In this document: one piece after another, positions 10,700-25,800 of the stretch
Position numbering within the stretch: position 1 is the first letter of the stretch
Layout of the letters: every line of letters begins with the position of its first letter
DNA from: Eimeria praecox
Taxonomy: Eukaryota
DNA length: 64,000 nucleotides
Direction of reading: 5' to 3'
NCBI GenBank assembly: GCA_963920595.1
Contig: OY986947.1
Location: forward strand, 434,001-498,000
Notes under the pieces: model-generated
Told to the model about the DNA's origin: nothing
The model's input: only the letters and a program-made list of their open reading frames with translations
The model's database searches: none
Program-made: the position numbers and the translations under genes

Positions 10700-11908
10700 T
10701 TTTGTGCTGTTTCGCCTCTTAGTGTTCTTCTCACTGCTCAGTCCCTTAGATAACATAAAACAGGGGCCATGGAGGGATCCCTTGCGGTAATAGCATAGGA
10801 GGTGCAGCAGCGAGGTGCAGCTATGTCGCAATTGAGCAAAACCAAGCAAACACATGTATAAGGGAGAGAAGCTGATCAAACCTTCTAGGGTGCATTATCA
10901 CTGCAGCTCGATGGTGCTTACAACCTGCTTGGGTTTGTTAGTCCCTAATGTGATTGTGAGTTCAGAACAGTGCATGCGTGTCTGGATGTAACAGTCACAA
11001 AGTAAATCAAGGGCCTACAAAGCCTCTAGTATTTGCTGAGCGCAGTCTGAAATTAACGTACATGCCAAAAATGCTCGGTTAGCTGATTTTGCCCCGTTGC
11101 TTGCGGCATCTGGATTGTTTTACATGGAGAATGCATCGTTCTTACTCGCCGAAGTCTCCGTGAAACCCGGTTGTATGCCGTTTTTCTACGGGCTGCCAGA
11201 TTAATGCGCGAAGTCAGGACAGCCAACCTCTGCATCGATCGCATGCTTTTCACGGACTTTCTGCTATCAAGATTTCAAGGGCTTTCTCTAACGCCAAAAT
11301 AAACCACTTGTACTAAGCAATGAATCGCCAAGACGACGAAGAGACAATCAAGTATTGCAGACTATTCTGCAGGACATGCTGAAGCTCAAGGAAAATTCCC
11401 GAACTTCCTTTTTCCCGGAGAGCTCGGGCACGCGCTTCACTAATCCGCACAGGCGGGAATCTGCTTTCAGGACTAAGAAAGCCTGCGCAACGGGGTGTTC
11501 AGGACAGTGGAGGTTATTTGGTAAATTTCCTTACCTTCCGTTACATCTTGCCCCTTTGGCTGCTGTTGACCAGCCCTTCATCTGCAGAATGATTCCTTAG
11601 TGCACGACGCAATGACGGCAAGCTATGAGGATAGGCTGCTATGCTGAGTCAGTAAGGCTGGCAACTGAGGGCCACTCATCTTCCTTGCTATGCCTTGCCG
11701 AAAAATGTCCTCTCCAACACACTCCCTTCGTCCACGCACCCGGAGGTTTGGCTTTGTCGAAAGGTTCCGGCTGCTTAGCTTGCCTGCACAAAAGAAGTAG
11801 TTCGGTTATCTTGTCTCTTTGGCTATGAAGAAATACGTTCCGCGCGCCGAGGCCCTGCAGGCGGCCACCCCATAGCAAGCAACCGGCAATAGTAGTCCAC
11901 ATGCTCAA
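10700..11908 (-). pseudogene. Possible second decayed secreted-protein gene
   Basis: Signal-like MWTTIAGCLLWGGRLQGLGA, a broken hydrophobic segment SVASL..ILIACRHC, and GARCNG followed by donor-like AG|GTAAGG (~11535). A mostly open frame of ~135 codons with 2 stops follows (11459-11053). Confidence 0.3.
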
Positions 11909-11934
11909 ATCCTGAACTGATGCTCACCTAAAGT

Positions 11935-11992
11935 GGGAAGATCAATGAAGGTTAAATGATGTGGGGAAGATCAATGAAGGCCAAATGATGTC
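11935..11992. repeat. 29-bp tandem duplication
   Basis: GGGAAGATCAATGAAGGTTAAATGATGTG / GGGAAGATCAATGAAGGCCAAATGATGTC. Confidence 0.9.
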
Positions 11993-12499
11993 TGGGGGCC
12001 AGTGCAGCGATACTCCGCTTACGAACTACCCTCGTGCGAATCCGTTGGTGTCGAAAACCGTTTTTCCCAAATGACAACTCAAAGGTTGGCTGCGGTTAAC
12101 GGGGGGCATACAATTTACTGACATTGTAGAACCCTACCGTTCTGCGTAGCAGTAGGGAATAGCGCCAGCAAAAAGATCTTGGCGTACCTCTAGTGCCTCA
12201 GGAGGCATCGAGCCCCGGCAAAGCAGACATCCTGAAGCTGCATGCCATGAAAAAAAGTTAGATTTCGTCTTTCGGTTTCCTAGTATTGTCAATTGCCAAT
12301 ACATCAACTTGAATCAACTCGGGGCGCGCTAGCGCTTCCTGCAGTTAGCATGGATTTACTGAAATTTATCTAAATCCTCGATAATATGTGGGAGACAGCT
12401 AAACACTAGTAGAAAGGGCAAAACTCGCAAACTCGCGACAGTCGACCAATAACGAGTTTTTACCCAGATAGTCGTTTGCTATCGCTACAAATGAATCGA

Positions 12500-13846
12500 A
12501 ATGCAGATAGTACGCTATGCATATGTCCCTTCAGTTCTCCATCTTGCACTGAATGACAGCGTATTTTCCAACATTTTCCCATTATCTATAAGCACGCTCA
12601 AGTTTTGCACACGCATGACTAGCAAGTGCGTTGCAGATATGATACGCCTCCTCAGTAGCCCTATATACATTAGACCATCCCTTCCCGCTTGCACTGCTGG
12701 ATCTTACTCAGATCTGAGCTATTCGTAGGAGACCGAAAGCTACTTTCATCCCTCCAAAAAGCTCCAAAGCACGTAAGCAAGCAACAAATCCACGCATTTG
12801 CATGACAATTGAGCGCACTATACCAGGACTGGCAAACCAGGGGCTTGCATCATTCGTTAAATTTGCGATCTCAGCTCAACAAAGTCATAAAACAAGGCGT
12901 GGTACTGTTTGCGTGACTTGCAACTACCACTTGCCGTTTGACCGGTTTACAAGCATGGAGCAGTGCGCTTACAACGCATGAGTCACTGCCAAGCATGACA
13001 AAGACAGCGTGGACGAACTGTGAAATGCCATGCCATCACGCACTGCGATTGAAAGCATGGCACAACGCCTCACTCTGCAGCACCGTTTCGCGAAAGACGA
13101 ACCATGCATGCTACTGCTGCATCTTCTTACTCCTTCGTGCATTCAAACATACCTTCTAAATTTTCAATGGGATCCAGACAAAGCAAGCTGCAGGCACCTG
13201 GCTATTGCCATATCATACGCAAGGACGCACCTCACATTTCACCGGCATATCACCATCTCGCCGTCTTCACAGCTGCACGGTTCATAAAATAGTCTTGTCC
13301 TTGGCAGACGTTAACATTATACAAGCGCCAACAGCCCACGCAGCTTTTCCACACGTTCCACTCAGCGCGCAAACAATAGTGGCCCCCCCATGCGCTTCCA
13401 TACCCAACTCCTGTTGGGAACCATGATGCAGTTACACACCCAGTCGTGCTCACTCCCTGATGCAAGCTAAACGTCAGAATTTGCTGATCCAGAATTAGCT
13501 ACACTTAATCTCTTTGCGTTTCCTCGACTTGCCAGAGAAAATTGACCGGTTTTTCCAACACTGTCAACCCATCCAAAACGCCCACTCTACTACCAAGTTT
13601 CAACCGTATGCCATCGCTTCACCGTGAGGCCTGGTGAAGGGCTATCAACACACCGCGAGATCAGCCGCGCCTAAGCGGCTGACACTCCAGTTACCCACCA
13701 CGAAACGGATTCACACAAAAGAGCACACATCAAACTGCAGTTACATCTATCAACTCGCTTGCGGAGCACCAAAATCCTCTCACAAATATCCTGTTGTCTG
13801 GCCATCCGCCCTGTCGCCCACGGACTTCAAGCCTCGCTCCTGACCC
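12500..13846. repeat. Leader module A plus the diverged start of an X monomer; homologous to 53050-54450 and, in part, 49290-49800
   Basis: For example 12528 CCTTCAGTTCTCCATCTTGCACTGAATGACAGCG vs 53080 CCTCCAGTTCCTCATCGTGCACTGAGCAGCAGCG, and 12928 CACTTGCCGTTTGACCGGTTTACAA vs 53486 CACTTGTCGTTTGACCCCTTTACAA. Confidence 0.8.
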
Positions 13847-16800
13847 AGCCTCCATCCATGCATCGATCGCTGATGCAGCTTTCCACACACCTCAAAGCTA
13901 ACGGGAGTTCCACAAAACCTGCAACACCATGTCCAACGCGAATGCTATTCAACGCGCTCGCGAAACACCAACCAATCATGCAAACCTCCAACATGCAAAT
14001 CAAAAATGACCTCCCTTGACGTAGGCCTCGCCACGCCTGATCTCCCGCCTTTCCCTTCAGATCCTAAACACCATCGACTAGGCATTTTCACCACTGCATA
14101 TCAATCCAACACCAACCAGCACTCACACCCGCCCTACTGCTAAGCGTGAAACGTACTACCAAGCACCCACAAGGTCAAGAATACTAGCAGTGTAAACAGA
14201 AACATGGCTCCTGCTTTCCCTAAAACATCACATCACCGCTGACACCTGCCGCGACACACCTCGAATTCATCAGAAACGATGTTAGCGTGCTCATGCGCTC
14301 TAAATAATCCCAGCACCTACCTCCTGTGTGTAACGCCATCTGCCACTACTCATCACCATGCTAATGCTCCACATCCCCACAGCCACCCCTCAACACTCAC
14401 CCAGCTCTCCCATGCTCATCACGGGCCACGCCGCTCCCTCATCACTTATTGGTGCCAATGATGTGCTCGTTTAAGTGCTACCGAGACTTATGTCCCCTAT
14501 CTGTACTCACCAGAATGGCGTGGTTGGCTTCTAGGCACCATGCCAACGGGGGGCACAAGGACCAAGCGACAACCCGTTGGGCCGCATTCACTAAACGCCA
14601 TCACATCACACCGGGTATTCGCCTGAAACGTCGATGCGACAGGTGCAAGACACACAAAACACTTCTGCACTGTTTATAACCATCCAATCATCACTGGCAC
14701 GCCCGTCCCACTGTCATATGCGACCCTGTTCACGCCGGGACAAAGACGACGCACTTTCTAAGTTAACGAGCGAGTCCCACAGACGTACTCACCTTCAACG
14801 CCATCCCCTCACGCCCTACGCCCAAGCTGCATTACCACATGCTCTTCTTCCTGCGCCGAAGCAGCATCGTGCTGCAGTATCTTTGCTGCCCGTAGAGAGC
14901 ATACTACAAATCTGTTCGCTGCAGGGCCACCATCCACCTGCTCCAAGCCTCCATCCATGCATCGATCGCTGATGCAGCTTTCCACACACCTCAAAGCTAA
15001 CGAGAGTTCCACAAAACCTGCAACACCATGTCCAACGCGAATGCTATTCAACGCGCTCGCAAAACACCAACCAATCATGCAAACCTCCAACATGCAAATC
15101 AAAAATGACCTCCCTTGACTTAGGCCTCGCCACGCCTGATCTCCCGCCTTTCCCTTCAGATCCTAAACACCATCGACTAGGCATTTTCACCACTGCATAT
15201 CAATCCAACACCAACCAGCACTCACACCCGCCCTACTGCTAAGCGTGAAACGTACTACCAAGCACCCACAAGGTCAAGAATACTAGCAGTGTAAACAGAA
15301 ACATGGCTCCTGCTTTCCCTAAAACATCACATCACCGCTGACACCTGCTGCGACACACCTCAAATTCATCAGAAACGATGTTAGCGTGCTCATGCGCTCT
15401 AAATAATCCCAACACCTACCTCCTGTATGTAACGCCATCTGCCACTACTCATCACCATGCTAATGCTCCACATCCCCACAGCCACCCCTCAACACTCACC
15501 CAGCTCTCCCATGCTCATCACGGGTCACGCCGCTCCCCCATCACTTATTGGTGCCAATGATACGCTCGTTTAAGTGCTACCGAGACTTATGCCCCCTATC
15601 TGTACTCACCAGAATGGCGTGGTTGGCTTCTATGCACCATGCCAACGGGGAGCACAAGGACCAAGCGACAACCCGTTGGGCCGCATTCACTAAACGCCAT
15701 CGCATCACACCGGGTATTCGCCTGAAACGTCGATGCGACAGGTGCAAGACACACAAAACACTTCTGCACTGTTTATAACCATCCAATTATCACTGGCACG
15801 CCCGTCCCACTGTCATATGCGACCCTGTTCACGCCGGGACAAAGACGACGCACTTTCTAAGTTAACGAGCGAGTCCCACAGACGTACTCACCTTCCACTC
15901 CATCCCCTCACGCCCTACGCCCAAGCTGCATTACCACATGCTCTTCTTCCTGCGCCGAAGCAGCATCGTGCTGCAGTATCTTTGCTGCCCGTAGAGAGCA
16001 TACTACAAATCTGTTCGCTGCAGAGCCACCATCCACCTGCTCCAAGCCTCCATCCATGCATCGATCGCTGATGCAGCTTTCCACACACCTCAAAGCTAAC
16101 GGGAGTTCCACAAAACCTGCAACACCATGTCCAACGCGAATGCTATTCAACGCGCTCGCAAAACACCAACCAATCATGCAAACCTCCAACATGCAAATCA
16201 AAAATGACCTCCCTTGACTTAGGCCTCGCCACGCCTGATCTCCCGCCTTTCCCTTCAGATCCTAAACACCATCGACTAGGCATTTTCACCACTGCATATC
16301 AATCCAACACCAACCAGCACTGACACCCGCCCTACTGCTAAGCGTGAAACGTACTACCAAGCACCCACAAGCTCAAGAATACTAGCAGTGTAAACAGAAA
16401 CATGGCTCCTGCTTTCCCTAAAACATCACATCACCGCTGACACCTGCCGCGACACACCTCGAATTCATCAGAAACGATGTTAGCGTGCTCATGCGCTCTA
16501 AATAATCCCAGCACCTACCTCCTGTGTGTAACGCCATCTGCCACTACTCATCACCATGCTAATGCTCCACATCCCCACAGCCACCCCTCAACACTCACCC
16601 AGCTCTCCCATGCTCATCACGGGCCACGCCGCTCCCTCATCACTTATTGGTGCCAATGATGTGCTCGTTTAAGTGCTACCGAGACTTATGTCCCCTATCT
16701 GTACTCACCAGAATGGCGTGGTTGGCTTCTAGGCACCATGCCAACGGGGGGCACAAGGACCAAGCGACAACCCGTTGGGCCGCATTCACTAAACGCCATC

Positions 16801-19800
16801 ACATCACACCGGGTATTCGCCTGAAACGTCGATGCGACAGGTGCAAGACACACAAAACACTTCTGCACTGTTTATAACCATCCAATCATCACTGGCACGC
16901 CCGTCCCACTGTCATATGCGACCCTGTTCACGCCGGGACAAAGACGACGCACTTTCTAAGTTAACGAGCGAGTCCCACAGACGTACTCACCTTCCACTCC
17001 ATCCCCTCACGCCCTACGCCCAAGCTGCATTACCACATGCTCTTCTTCCTGCGCCGAAGCAGCATCGTGCTGCAGTCTCTTTGCTGCCCGTAGAGAGCAT
17101 ACTACAAATCTGTTCGCTGCAGGGCCACCATCCACCTGCTCCAAGCCTCCATCCATGCATCGATCGCTGATGCAGCTTTCCACACACCTCAAAGCTAACG
17201 GGAGTTCCACAAAACCTGCAACACCATGTCCAACGCGAATGCTATTCAACGCGCTCGCAAAACACCAACCAATCATGCAAACCTCCAACATGCAAATCAA
17301 AAATGACCTCCCTTGACTTAGGCCTCGCCACGCCTGATCTCCCGCCTTTCCCTTCAGATCCTAAACACCATCGACTAGGCATTTTCACCACTGCATATCA
17401 ATCCAACACCAACCAGCACTGACACCCGCCCTACTGCTAAGCGTGAAACGTACTACCAAGCACCCACAAGCTCAAGAATACTAGCAGTGTAAACAGAAAC
17501 ATGGCTCCTGCTTTCCCTAAAACATCACATCACCGCTGACACCTGCTGCGACACACCTCAAATTCATCAGAAACGATGTTAGCGTGCTCATGCGCTCTAA
17601 ATAATCCCAACACCTACCTCCTGTATGTAACGCCATCTGCCACTACTCATCACCATGCTAATGCTCCACATCCCCACAGCCACCCCTCAACACTCACCCA
17701 GTTCTCCCATGCTCATCACGGGCCACGCCGCTCCCCCATCACTTATTGGTGCCAATGATACGCTCGTTTAAGTGCTACCGAGACTTATGTCCCCTACCTG
17801 TACTCACCAGAATGGCGTGGTTGGCTTCTATGCACCATGCCAACGGGGAGCACAAGGACCAAGCGACAACCCGTTGGGCCACATTCACTAAACGCCATCA
17901 CATCACACCGGGTATTCGCCTGAAACGTCGATGCGACAGGTGCAAGACACACAAAACACTTCTGCACTGTTTATAACCATCCAATCATCACTGGCACGCC
18001 CGTCCCACTGTCATATGCGACCCTGTTCACGCCGGGACAAAGACGACGCACTTTCTAAGTTAACGAGCGAGTCCCACAGACGTACTCACCTTCCACTCCA
18101 TCCCCTCACGCCCTACGCCCAAGCTGCATTACCACATGCTCTTCTTCCTGCGCCGAAGCAGCATCGTGCTGCAGTCTCTTTGCTGCCCGTAGAGAGCATA
18201 CTACAAATCTGTTCGCTGCAGGGCCACCATCCACCTGCTCCAAGCCTCCATCCATGCATCGATCGCTGATGCAGCTTTCCACACACCTCAAAGCTAACGA
18301 GAGTTCCACAAAACCTGCAACACCATGTCCAACGCGAATGCTATTCAACGCGCTCGCAAAACACCAACCAATCATGCAAACCTCCAACATGCAAATCAAA
18401 AATGACCTCCCTTGACTTAGGCCTCGCCACGCCTGATCTCCCGCCTTTCCCTTCAGATCCTAAACACCATCGACTAGGCATTTTCACCACTGCATATCAA
18501 TCCAACACCAACCAGCACTCACACCCGCCCTACTGCTAAGCGTGAAACGTACTACCAAGCACCCACAAGGTCAAGAATACTAGCAGTGTAAACAGAAACA
18601 TGGCTCCTGCTTTCCCTAAAACATCACATCACCGCTGACACCTGCTGCGACACACCTCAAATTCATCAGAAACGATGTTAGCGTGCTCATGCGCTCTAAA
18701 TAATCCCAACACCTACCTCCTGTATGTAACGCCATCTGCCACTACTCATCACCATGCTAATGCTCCACATCCCCACAGCCACCCCTCAACACTCACCCAG
18801 CTCTCCCATGCTCATCACGGGTCACGCCGCTCCCCCATCACTTATTGGTGCCAATGATACGCTCGTTTAAGTGCTACCGAGACTTATGCCCCCTATCTGT
18901 ACTCACCAGAATGGCGTGGTTGGCTTCTATGCACCATGCCAACGGGGAGCACAAGGACCAAGCGACAACCCGTTGGGCCGCATTCACTAAACGCCATCGC
19001 ATCACACCGGGTATTCGCCTGAAACGTCGATGCGACAGGTGCAAGACACACAAAACACTTCTGCACTGTTTATAACCATCCAATTATCACTGGCACGCCC
19101 GTCCCACTGTCATATGCGACCCTGTTCACGCCGGGACAAAGACGACGCACTTTCTAAGTTAACGAGCGAGTCCCACAGACGTACTCACCTTCCACTCCAT
19201 CCCCTCACGCCCTACGCCCAAGCTGCATTACCACATGCTCTTCTTCCTGCGCCGAAGCAGCATCGTGCTGCAGTATCTTTGCTGCCCGTAGAGAGCATAC
19301 TACAAATCTGTTCGCTGCAGAGCCACCATCCACCTGCTCCAAGCCTCCATCCATGCATCGATCGCTGATGCAGCTTTCCACACACCTCAAAGCTAACGGG
19401 AGTTCCACAAAACCTGCAACACCATGTCCAACGCGAATGCTATTCAACGCGCTCGCAAAACACCAACCAATCATGCAAACCTCCAACATGCAAATCAAAA
19501 ATGACCTCCCTTGACTTAGGCCTCGCCACGCCTGATCTCCCGCCTTTCCCTTCAGATCCTAAACACCATCGACTAGGCATTTTCACCACTGCATATCAAT
19601 CCAACACCAACCAGCACTGACACCCGCCCTACTGCTAAGCGTGAAACGTACTACCAAGCACCCACAAGCTCAAGAATACTAGCAGTGTAAACAGAAACAT
19701 GGCTCCTGCTTTCCCTAAAACATCACATCACCGCTGACACCTGCTGCGACACACCTCAAATTCATCAGAAACGATGTTAGCGTGCTCATGCGCTCTAAAT

Positions 19801-22800
19801 AATCCCAACACCTACCTCCTGTATGTAACGCCATCTGCCACTACTCATCACCATGCTAATGCTCCACATCCCCACAGCCACCCCTCAACACTCACCCAGT
19901 TCTCCCATGCTCATCACGGGCCACGCCGCTCCCCCATCACTTATTGGTGCCAATGATACGCTCGTTTAAGTGCTACCGAGACTTATGTCCCCTATCTGTA
20001 CTCACCAGAATGGCGTGGTTGGCTTCTAGGCACCATGCCAACGGGGGGCACAAGGACCAAGCGACAACCCGTTGGGCCGCATTCACTAAACGCCATCACA
20101 TCACACTGGGTATTCGCCTGAAACGTCGATGCGACAGGTGCAAGACACACAAAACACTTCTGCACTGTTTATAACCATCCAATCATCACTGGCACGCCCG
20201 TCTCACTGCCATATGCGACCCTGTTCACGCCGGGACAAAGACGACGCACTTTCTAAGTTAACGAGCGAGTCCCACAGACGTACTCACCTTCAACGCCATC
20301 CCCTCACGCCCTACGCCCAAGCTGCATTACCACATGCTCTTCTTCCTGCGCCGAAGCAGCATCGTGCTGCAGTATCTTTGCTGCCCGTAGAGAGCATACT
20401 ACAAATCTGTTCGCTGCAGGGCCACCATCCACCTGCTCCAAGCCTCCATCCATGCATCGATCGCTGATGCAGCTTTCCACACACCTCAAAGCTAACGGGA
20501 GTTCCACAAAACCTGCAACACCATGTCCAACGCGAATGCTATTCAACGCACTCGCAAAACACCAACCAATCATGCAAACCTCCAACATGCAAATCAAAAG
20601 CGACCTCCCTTGACTTAGGCCTCGCCACGCCTGATCTCCCGCCTTTCCCTTCAGATCCTAAACACCATCGACTAGGCATTTTCACCACTGCATATCAATC
20701 CAACACCAACCAGCACTCACACCCGCCCTACTGCTAAGCGTGAAACGTACTACCAAGCACCCACAAGGTCAAGAATACTAGCAGTGTAAACAGAAACATG
20801 GCTCCTGCTTTCCCTAAAACATCACATCACCGCTGACACCTGCCGCGACACACCTCGAATTCATCAGAAACGATGTTAGCGTGCTCATGCGCTCTAAATA
20901 ATCCCAACACCTACCTCCTGTATGTAACGCCATCTGCCACTACTCATCACCATGCTAATGCTCCACATCCCCACAGCCACCCCTCAACACTCACCCAGCT
21001 CTCTCATGCTCATCACGGGTCACGCCGCTCCCCCATCACTTATTGGTGCCAATGATACGCTCGTTTAAGTGCTACCGAGACTTATGTCCCCTATCTGTAC
21101 TCACCAGAATGGCGTGGTTGGCTTCTAGGCACCATGCCAACGGGGAGCACAAGGACCAAGCGACAACCCGTTGGGCCGCATTCACTAAACGCCATCACAT
21201 CACACCGGGTATTCGCCTGAAACGTCGATGCGACAGGTGCAAGACACACAAAACACTTCTGCACTGTTTATAACCATCCAATCATCACTGGCACGCCCGT
21301 CCCACTGTCATATGCGACCCTGTTCACGCCGGGACAAAGACGACGCACTTTCTAAGTTAACGAGCGAGTCCCACAGACGTACTCACCTTCCACTCCATCC
21401 CCTCACGCCCTACGCCCAAGCTGCATTACCACATGCTCTTCTTCCTGCGCCGAAGCAGCATCGTGCTGCAGTATCTTTGCTGCCCGTAGAGAGCATACTA
21501 CAAATCTGTTCGCTGCAGGGCCACCATCCACCTGCTCCAAGCCTCCATCCATGCATCGATCGCTGATGCAGCTTTCCACACACCTCAAAGCTAACGAGAG
21601 TTCCACAAAACCTGCAACACCATGTCCAACGCGAATGCTATTCAACGCGCTCGCAAAACACCAACCAATCATGCAAACCTCCAACATGCAAATCAAAAAT
21701 GACCTCCCTTGACTTAGGCCTCGCCACGCCTGATCTCCCGCCTTTCCCTTCAGATCCTAAACACCATCGACTAGGCATTTTCACCACTGCATATCAATCC
21801 AACACCAACCAGCACTCACACCCGCCCTACTGCTAAGCGTGAAACGTACTACCAAGCACCCACAAGCTCAAGAATACTAGCAGTGTAAACAGAAACATGG
21901 CTCCTGCTTTCCCTAAAACATCACATCACCGCTGACACCTGCCGCGACACACCTCGAATTCATCAGAAACGATGTTAGCGTGCTCATGCGCTCTAAATAA
22001 TCCCAACACCTACCTCCTGTATGTAACGCCATCTGCCACTACTCATCACCATGCTAATGCTCCACATCCCCACAGCCACCCCTCAACACTCACCCAGCTC
22101 TCTCATGCTCATCACGGGTCACGCCGCTCCCCCATCACTTATTGGTGCCAATGATACGCTCGTTTAAGTGCTACCGAGACTTATGTCCCCTATCTGTACT
22201 CACCAGAATGGCGTGGTTGGCTTCTATGCACCATGCCAACGGGGAGCACAAGGACCAAGCGACAACCCGTTGGGCCGCATTCACTAAACGCCATCACATC
22301 ACACCGGGTATTCGCCTGAAACGTCGATGCGACAGGTGCAAGACACACAAAACACTTCTGCACTGTTTATAACCATCCAATCATCACTGGCACGCCCGTC
22401 CCACTGCCATATGCGACCCTGTTCACGCCGGGACAAAGACGACGCACTTTCTAAGTTAACGAGCGAGTCCCACAGACGTACTCACCTTCCACTCCATCCC
22501 CTCACGCCCTACGCCCAAGCTGCATTACCACATGCTCTTCTTCCTGCGCCGAAGCAGCATCGTGCTGCAGTATCTTTGCTGCCCGTAGAGAGCATACTAC
22601 AAATCTGTTCGCTGCAGGGCCACCATCCACCTGCTCCAAGCCTCCATCCATGCATCGATCGCTGATGCAGCTTTCCACACACCTCAAAGCTAACGAGAGT
22701 TCCACAAAACCTGCAACACCATATCCAACGCGAATGCTAGTCAACGCGCTCGCAAAACACCAACCAATCATGCAAACCTCCAACATGCAAATCAAAAGCG

Positions 22801-25800
22801 ACCTCCCTTGACTTACGCCTCGCCACGCCTGATCTCCCGCCTTTCCCTTCAGATCCTAAACACCATCGACTAGGCATTTTCACCACTGCATATCAATCCA
22901 ACACCAACCAGCACTCACACCCGCCATATTGCAAAGCGTGAAACGTACTACCAAGCACCCACAAGGTCAAGAATACTAGCAGTGTAAACAGAAACATGGC
23001 TCCTGCTTTCCCTAAAACATCACACCACCGCTGACACCTGCTGCGACACACCTCGAATTCATCAGAAACGACGTTAGCGTGCTCATGCGCTCTAAATAAT
23101 CCCAACACCTACCTCCTGTATGTAACGCCATCTGCCACTACTCATCACCATGCTAATGCTCCACATCCCCACAGCCACCCCTCAACACTCACCCAGCTCT
23201 CCCATGCTCATCACGGGCCACGCCGCTCCCCCATCACTTATTGGTGCCAATGATACGCTCGTTTAAGTGCTACCGAGACTTATGTCCCCTATCTGTACTC
23301 ACCAGAATGGCGTGGTTGGCTTCTATGCACCATGCCAACGGGGAGCACAAGGACCAAGCGACAACCCGTTGGGCCGCATTCACTAAACGCCATCACATCA
23401 CACCGGGTATTCGCCTGAAACGTCGATGCGACAGGTGCAAGACACACAAAACACTTCTGCACTGTTTATAACCATCCAATCATCACTGGCACGCCCGTCT
23501 CACTGCCATATGCGACCCTGTTCACGCCGGGACAAAGACGACGCACTTTCTAAGTTAACGAGCGAGTCCCACAGACGTACTCACCTTCCACTCCATCCCC
23601 TCACGCCCTACGCCCAAGCTGCATTACCACATGCTCTTCTTCCTGCGCCGAAGCAGCATCGTGCTGCAGTATCTTTGCTGCCCGTAGAGAGCATACTACA
23701 AATCTGTTCGCTGCAGGGCCACCATCCACCTGCTCCAAGCCTCCATCCATGCATCGATCGCTGATGCAGCTTTCCACACACCTCAAAGCTAACGGGAGTT
23801 CCACAAAACCTGCAACACCATGTCCAACGCGAATGCTATTCAACGCACTCGCAAAACACCAACCAATCATGCAAACCTCCAACATGCAAATCAAAAGCGA
23901 CCTCCCTTGACTTAGGCCTCGCCACGCCTGATCTCCCGCCTTTCCCTTCAGATCCTAAACACCATCGACTAGGCATTTTCACCACTGCATATCAATCCAA
24001 CACCAACCAGCACTCACACCCGCCCTACTGCTAAGCGTGAAACGTACTACCAAGCACCCACAAGGTCAAGAATACTAGCAGTGTAAACAGAAACATGGCT
24101 CCTGCTTTCCCTAAAACATCACATCACCGCTGACACCTGCCGCGACACACCTCGAATTCATCAGAAACGATGTTAGCGTGCTCATGCGCTCTAAATAATC
24201 CCAACACCTACCTCCTGTATGTAACGCCATCTGCCACTACTCATCACCATGCTAATGCTCCACATCCCCACAGCCACCCCTCAACACTCACCCAGCTCTC
24301 TCATGCTCATCACGGGTCACGCCGCTCCCCCATCACTTATTGGTGCCAATGATACGCTCGTTTAAGTGCTACCGAGACTTATGTCCCCTATCTGTACTCA
24401 CCAGAATGGCGTGGTTGGCTTCTAGGCACCATGCCAACGGGGAGCACAAGGACCAAGCGACAACCCGTTGGGCCGCATTCACTAAACGCCATCACATCAC
24501 ACCGGGTATTCGCCTGAAACGTCGATGCGACAGGTGCAAGACACACAAAACACTTCTGCACTGTTTATAACCATCCAATCATCACTGGCACGCCCGTCCC
24601 ACTGTCATATGCGACCCTGTTCACGCCGGGACAAAGACGACGCACTTTCTAAGTTAACGAGCGAGTCCCACAGACGTACTCACCTTCCACTCCATCCCCT
24701 CACGCCCTACGCCCAAGCTGCATTACCACATGCTCTTCTTCCTGCGCCGAAGCAGCATCGTGCTGCAGTATCTTTGCTGCCCGTAGAGAGCATACTAGAA
24801 ATCTGTTCGCTGCAGGGCCACCATCCACCTGCTCCAAGCCTCCATCCATGCATCGATCGCTGATGCAGCTTTCCACACACCTCAAAGCTAACGGGAGTTC
24901 CACAAAACCTGCAACACCATATCCAACGCGAATGCTAGTCAACGCGCTCGCAAAACACCAACCAATCATGCAAACCTCCAACATGCAAATCAAAAGCGAC
25001 CTCCCTTGACTTACGCCTCGCCACGCCTGATCTCCCGCCTTTCCCTTCAGATCCTAAACACCATCGACTAGGCATTTTCACCACTGCATATCAATCCAAC
25101 ACCAACCAGCACTCACACCCGCCATATTGCAAAGCGTGAAACGTACTACCAAGCACCCACAAGCTCAAGAATACTAGCAGTGTAAACAGAAACATGGCTC
25201 CTGCTTTCCCTAAAACATCACACCACCGCTGACACCTGCCGCGACACACCTCGAATTCATCAGAAACGACGTTAGCGTGCTCATGCGCTCTAAATAATCC
25301 CAACACCTACATCCTGTATGTAACGCCATCTGCCACTACTCATCACCATGCTAATGCTCCACATCCCCACAGCCACCCCTCAACACTCACCCAGCTCTCC
25401 CATGCTCATCACGGGCCATGCCGCTCCCCCATCACTTATTGGTGCCAATGATACGCTCGTTTAAGTGCTACCGAGACTTATGTCCCCTACCTGTACTCAC
25501 CAGAATGGCGTGGTTGGCTTCTATGCACCATGCCAACGGGGAGCACAAGGACCAAGCGACAACCCGTTGGGCCGCATTCACTAAACGCCATCACATCACA
25601 CTGGGTATTCGCCTGAAACGTCGATGCGACAGGTGCAAGACACACAAAACACTTCTGCACTGTTTATAACCATCCAATCATCACTGGCACGCCCGTCTCA
25701 CTGCCATATGCGACCCTGGTCACGCCGGGACAAAGACGACGCACTTTCTAAGTTAACGAGCGAGTCCCACAGACGTACTCACCTTCAACTCCATCCCCTC

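Noticed and set aside
11935..11992. CRISPR repeat or C/D snoRNA
   Set aside because: Two adjacent copies with no spacer in a eukaryotic context; no convincing box C/D pair with a terminal stem.
14020..14090. 5S rRNA or other RNA gene in the tandem units (CACGCCTGATCTC; also GGCCATACACC at 35130)
   Set aside because: Only ~10-nt resemblances; no internal control boxes or 5S/tRNA fold follow.
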